Below are positions 22,623 to 24,567 of a stretch of 24,567 nucleotides of DNA, in pieces; positions within the stretch are counted from its first letter, which is position 1, and the number at the start of each line of letters is the position of its first letter. The notes beneath the pieces are model-generated. The model was not told the DNA's origin. It saw nothing but the letters and a program-made list of their open reading frames with translations, and searched no databases. The position numbers were made by a program, and so were the translations under genes. This DNA comes from Candidatus Eiseniibacteriota bacterium (lineage in GTDB: Bacteria; Eisenbacteria; RBG-16-71-46; SZUA-252), in NCBI GenBank assembly GCA_031370645.1, contig JANMQV010000021.1:1-24567 (forward strand). Reading direction: 5' to 3'.

Positions 22623-23905
22623 GCCGCACGCTCCAGAACGAACGCCGCGCCCTGTCCGCCGCCGACGCAGAGCGTGGCGAGCCCGAGCGAGACGTCCTTG
22701 TGGCGCATTTCACGAAGAAGCGTGAGGACCAGGCGCGTCCCCGAAACCCCGACCGGGTGCCCCAGCGCGATCGCGCCACCATTCACGTTCAGGATCGAGC
22801 GATCGATTTCGCCGACCGCCGCATCGAGACCGAGTTTTTCGCGCGCATACGCGGCGGAACCCATGGCGACCTCGTTCGCGATCACCTGCGCGGCGAAGGC
22901 CTCGTTCATTTCGATGAGGCCGAGATCGGAGAAGCGCACTCCCGCACGGCGTAGCGCCACCGGCGTCGCGTGCGTGGGCCCGAGCCCCATGTGCGCGGGG
23001 TCGAGCCCGACGAAGGCGTAGCCGCGAATTCGTCCGACCGGTGCCAGGCCGAGCGCTTTCGCCTTCTCCGCCGAAGCCACGAGAATCGCCGCGGCGCCGT
23101 CGGTGATGGGACAGGAATTCCCGGCCGTTACCGTGCCGGTGCGTCGATCGAAGAAGGGACGAAGTTTCGCCAGCGCTTCGAGCGACTGTGTCTTTCTCGG
23201 TCCCACGTCGTCCGCCACAACTTCTCGGTAAGGCGCAGGGAAAACGGGCGCGATTTCTTCGGCGAAGCGGCCCGACTCCTGCGCCGCGGCGGCGCGGCGA
23301 TGGCTCTGGAGCGCGAAGTCGTCCTGCGCCTCTCGCGAGATTCCGAACTCGCGCGCCAGGAGTTCCGCCGTCTCCCCCATGTTGAGACCCGAAATCGGAT
23401 CCAGCAGCCCTTCCATCAACGCGATCTTTGGTGTGAGGTCTTTCGGGCGGAAGCTCGCCATCGCGCCGACGCGTTGCACCGGACTCTTCGCTTTCATCAA
23501 CCGCTCGAAGACGCGCGTCATGCCGTCGCTCACGTGAAGCGGAATGCGGCTCATCGACTCCGTGCCGCCCGCGACAACGAGGTCCGCCTGTCCCGACGCC
23601 ACGCGCTCGTACGCCTGCGCAATCGACTCCATACCGGAGGCGCAATTTCGATGCACGGTGACGGCGGGGACATGTTTTGGAATTCCCGCGAGGAGTGCGA
23701 CGACGCGGGCGATGTTGGCGGAATCGGATGGGCCAGCGACATTGCCGATGATGACGTCGTCGACTTCGCTGGGAGAGACTCCGGAGCGGGCGAGGAGTTC
23801 GGAAATGGCGATGCGCCCCAGTTCCCGGGCGGGGACACGCGCGAGCGCGGTGCCCGCCTTCGCGAACGGAGTACGGAAGCCGTCAAGAAGTACGACGTCG
23901 CGCAT
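22619..23905 (-). CDS. fadI: 3-ketoacyl-CoA thiolase (FadI/FadA-like)
   Basis: RTPF, RNCASG, NEAFA, GHPVG, LCVGGGQG; start ATG 23905 with SD TAAGGA. Confidence 0.93.
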   Translation of the reverse strand: MRDVVLLDGFRTPFAKAGTALARVPARELGRIAISELLARSGVSPSEVDDVIIGNVAGPSDSANIARVVALLAGIPKHVPAVTVHRNCASGMESIAQAYERVASGQADLVVAGGTESMSRIPLHVSDGMTRVFERLMKAKSPVQRVGAMASFRPKDLTPKIALMEGLLDPISGLNMGETAELLAREFGISREAQDDFALQSHRRAAAAQESGRFAEEIAPVFPAPYREVVADDVGPRKTQSLEALAKLRPFFDRRTGTVTAGNSCPITDGAAAILVASAEKAKALGLAPVGRIRGYAFVGLDPAHMGLGPTHATPVALRRAGVRFSDLGLIEMNEAFAAQVIANEVAMGSAAYAREKLGLDAAVGEIDRSILNVNGGAIALGHPVGVSGTRLVLTLLREMRHKDVSLGLATLCVGGGQGAAFVLERAA

Positions 23906-23960
23906 CGGTTCCTTATCGCCTGAAGTCGTGTAAGGGATTGCGTTTGTCCTTTTCGCGCGG

Positions 23961-23989
23961 AGTGTGTCACAGTGCGCGGAGGAGGTCAA
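23961..23989 (-). promoter_or_regulatory. Possible promoter of the fadI-fadJ operon
   Basis: TTGACC, 17-nt spacer ending TGa, CACACT. The -10 is non-consensus at its first position; the -35 abuts the fadD SD. Confidence 0.35.
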
Positions 23990-23992
23990 CGG

Positions 23993-24567
23993 ATGGACGT
24001 AAGAACCGCACCCGACCTATTAAACTATGCAGCCGAGGTCCGCCGGAAGCCTGACGCCTTCCTGGTTAAGCGGGAGGGGAGCTGGGAGCCGGTGCCGATC
24101 GACGCCGTGGTGCAGCAGGTCACCGCCATGGCCCGCCAGTTGCGAGCGCGGGGCCTCGGAAAAGGCGATCGCGTCGCCATTTTGGCCGAAAGCTGCTTGG
24201 AATGGGGCATGGCCGACATGGCCATTCTGGCGGTCGGCGGCGTCACCGTCCCGATCTACCCGACGCTCCCCACGAACCAAGTCGCGCCGCTCCTGGCCGA
24301 CTCCGGCGCGGTGGGCGCCTTCACCTCCACCCCGGCGCAGCGCGCCAAGCTGGAGGAGGCCCGCGCGGCCGGGGCCCCGTCGCTTCGCTGGATCCACGCG
24401 TTCGACGTTGATCCTTGGCCCGCTGCCCTACCCGGCGCGGTTGATCCAGGCGTTCCCCTCCAGCCCGACGATCTCGCCACGATCATCTACACCTCCGGCA
24501 CGACGGGCGTGCCGAAGGGCGTGATGCTGACGCATGGCAACATCGTTTCCGAGGTGTTGCTCGCGCT
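23993..24567 (+). CDS. fadD: Long-chain fatty-acid--CoA ligase, N-terminal part (runs off window)
   Basis: Not in the ORF track. SD GGAGGAGG; MDVRTAPDLL...GLGKGDRVAIL...VPIYPTL...DLATIIYTSGTTGVPKGVMLTHGNI (AMP-binding motif). Confidence 0.92.
   Translation, partial: MDVRTAPDLLNYAAEVRRKPDAFLVKREGSWEPVPIDAVVQQVTAMARQLRARGLGKGDRVAILAESCLEWGMADMAILAVGGVTVPIYPTLPTNQVAPLLADSGAVGAFTSTPAQRAKLEEARAAGAPSLRWIHAFDVDPWPAALPGAVDPGVPLQPDDLATIIYTSGTTGVPKGVMLTHGNIVSEVLLA

Noticed and set aside
1-24567. CRISPR arrays, tRNA/rRNA, IS elements, integrases or defence genes
   Set aside because: No spaced direct repeats, cloverleaf structures, terminal inverted repeats or transposase/nuclease motifs found by eye; intergenic gaps are short except 10228-10549.

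Overview
GC-rich bacterial chromosomal window, densely coding, with no tRNA/rRNA, CRISPR array or mobile element seen. Two secreted proteins with FlgD-Ig/T9SS-CTD-like tails suggest an FCB-superphylum lineage such as Ca. Eisenbacteria (inference only). Left to right: a LOG-luxE-luxC-like operon divergent from glutamine-dependent nadE; an alpha/beta hydrolase; a secreted trio (small Cys-free protein, pro-domain-less matrixin metalloprotease, LVIVD-like propeller protein) behind a near-consensus sigma70 promoter and a ~220-nt structured leader; ygfZ-like plus fatty-acid desaturase; arsR-arsM; apt; TIGR01777; NDH-2 followed by three paralogous secreted DxxC...HxECxxKC proteins interleaved with a dihaem cytochrome c; a SAM methyltransferase; an Xre-HTH protein with a histone-H1-like tail; and fadJ/fadI-like genes divergent from fadD. 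The best candidate for an undescribed system is the NDH-2 / Cys-His triplet / dihaem cytochrome cluster (15191-18894). Also notable are the split partner-matrixin pair and a recurring leaderless TANNNT-N6-8-ATG signature.
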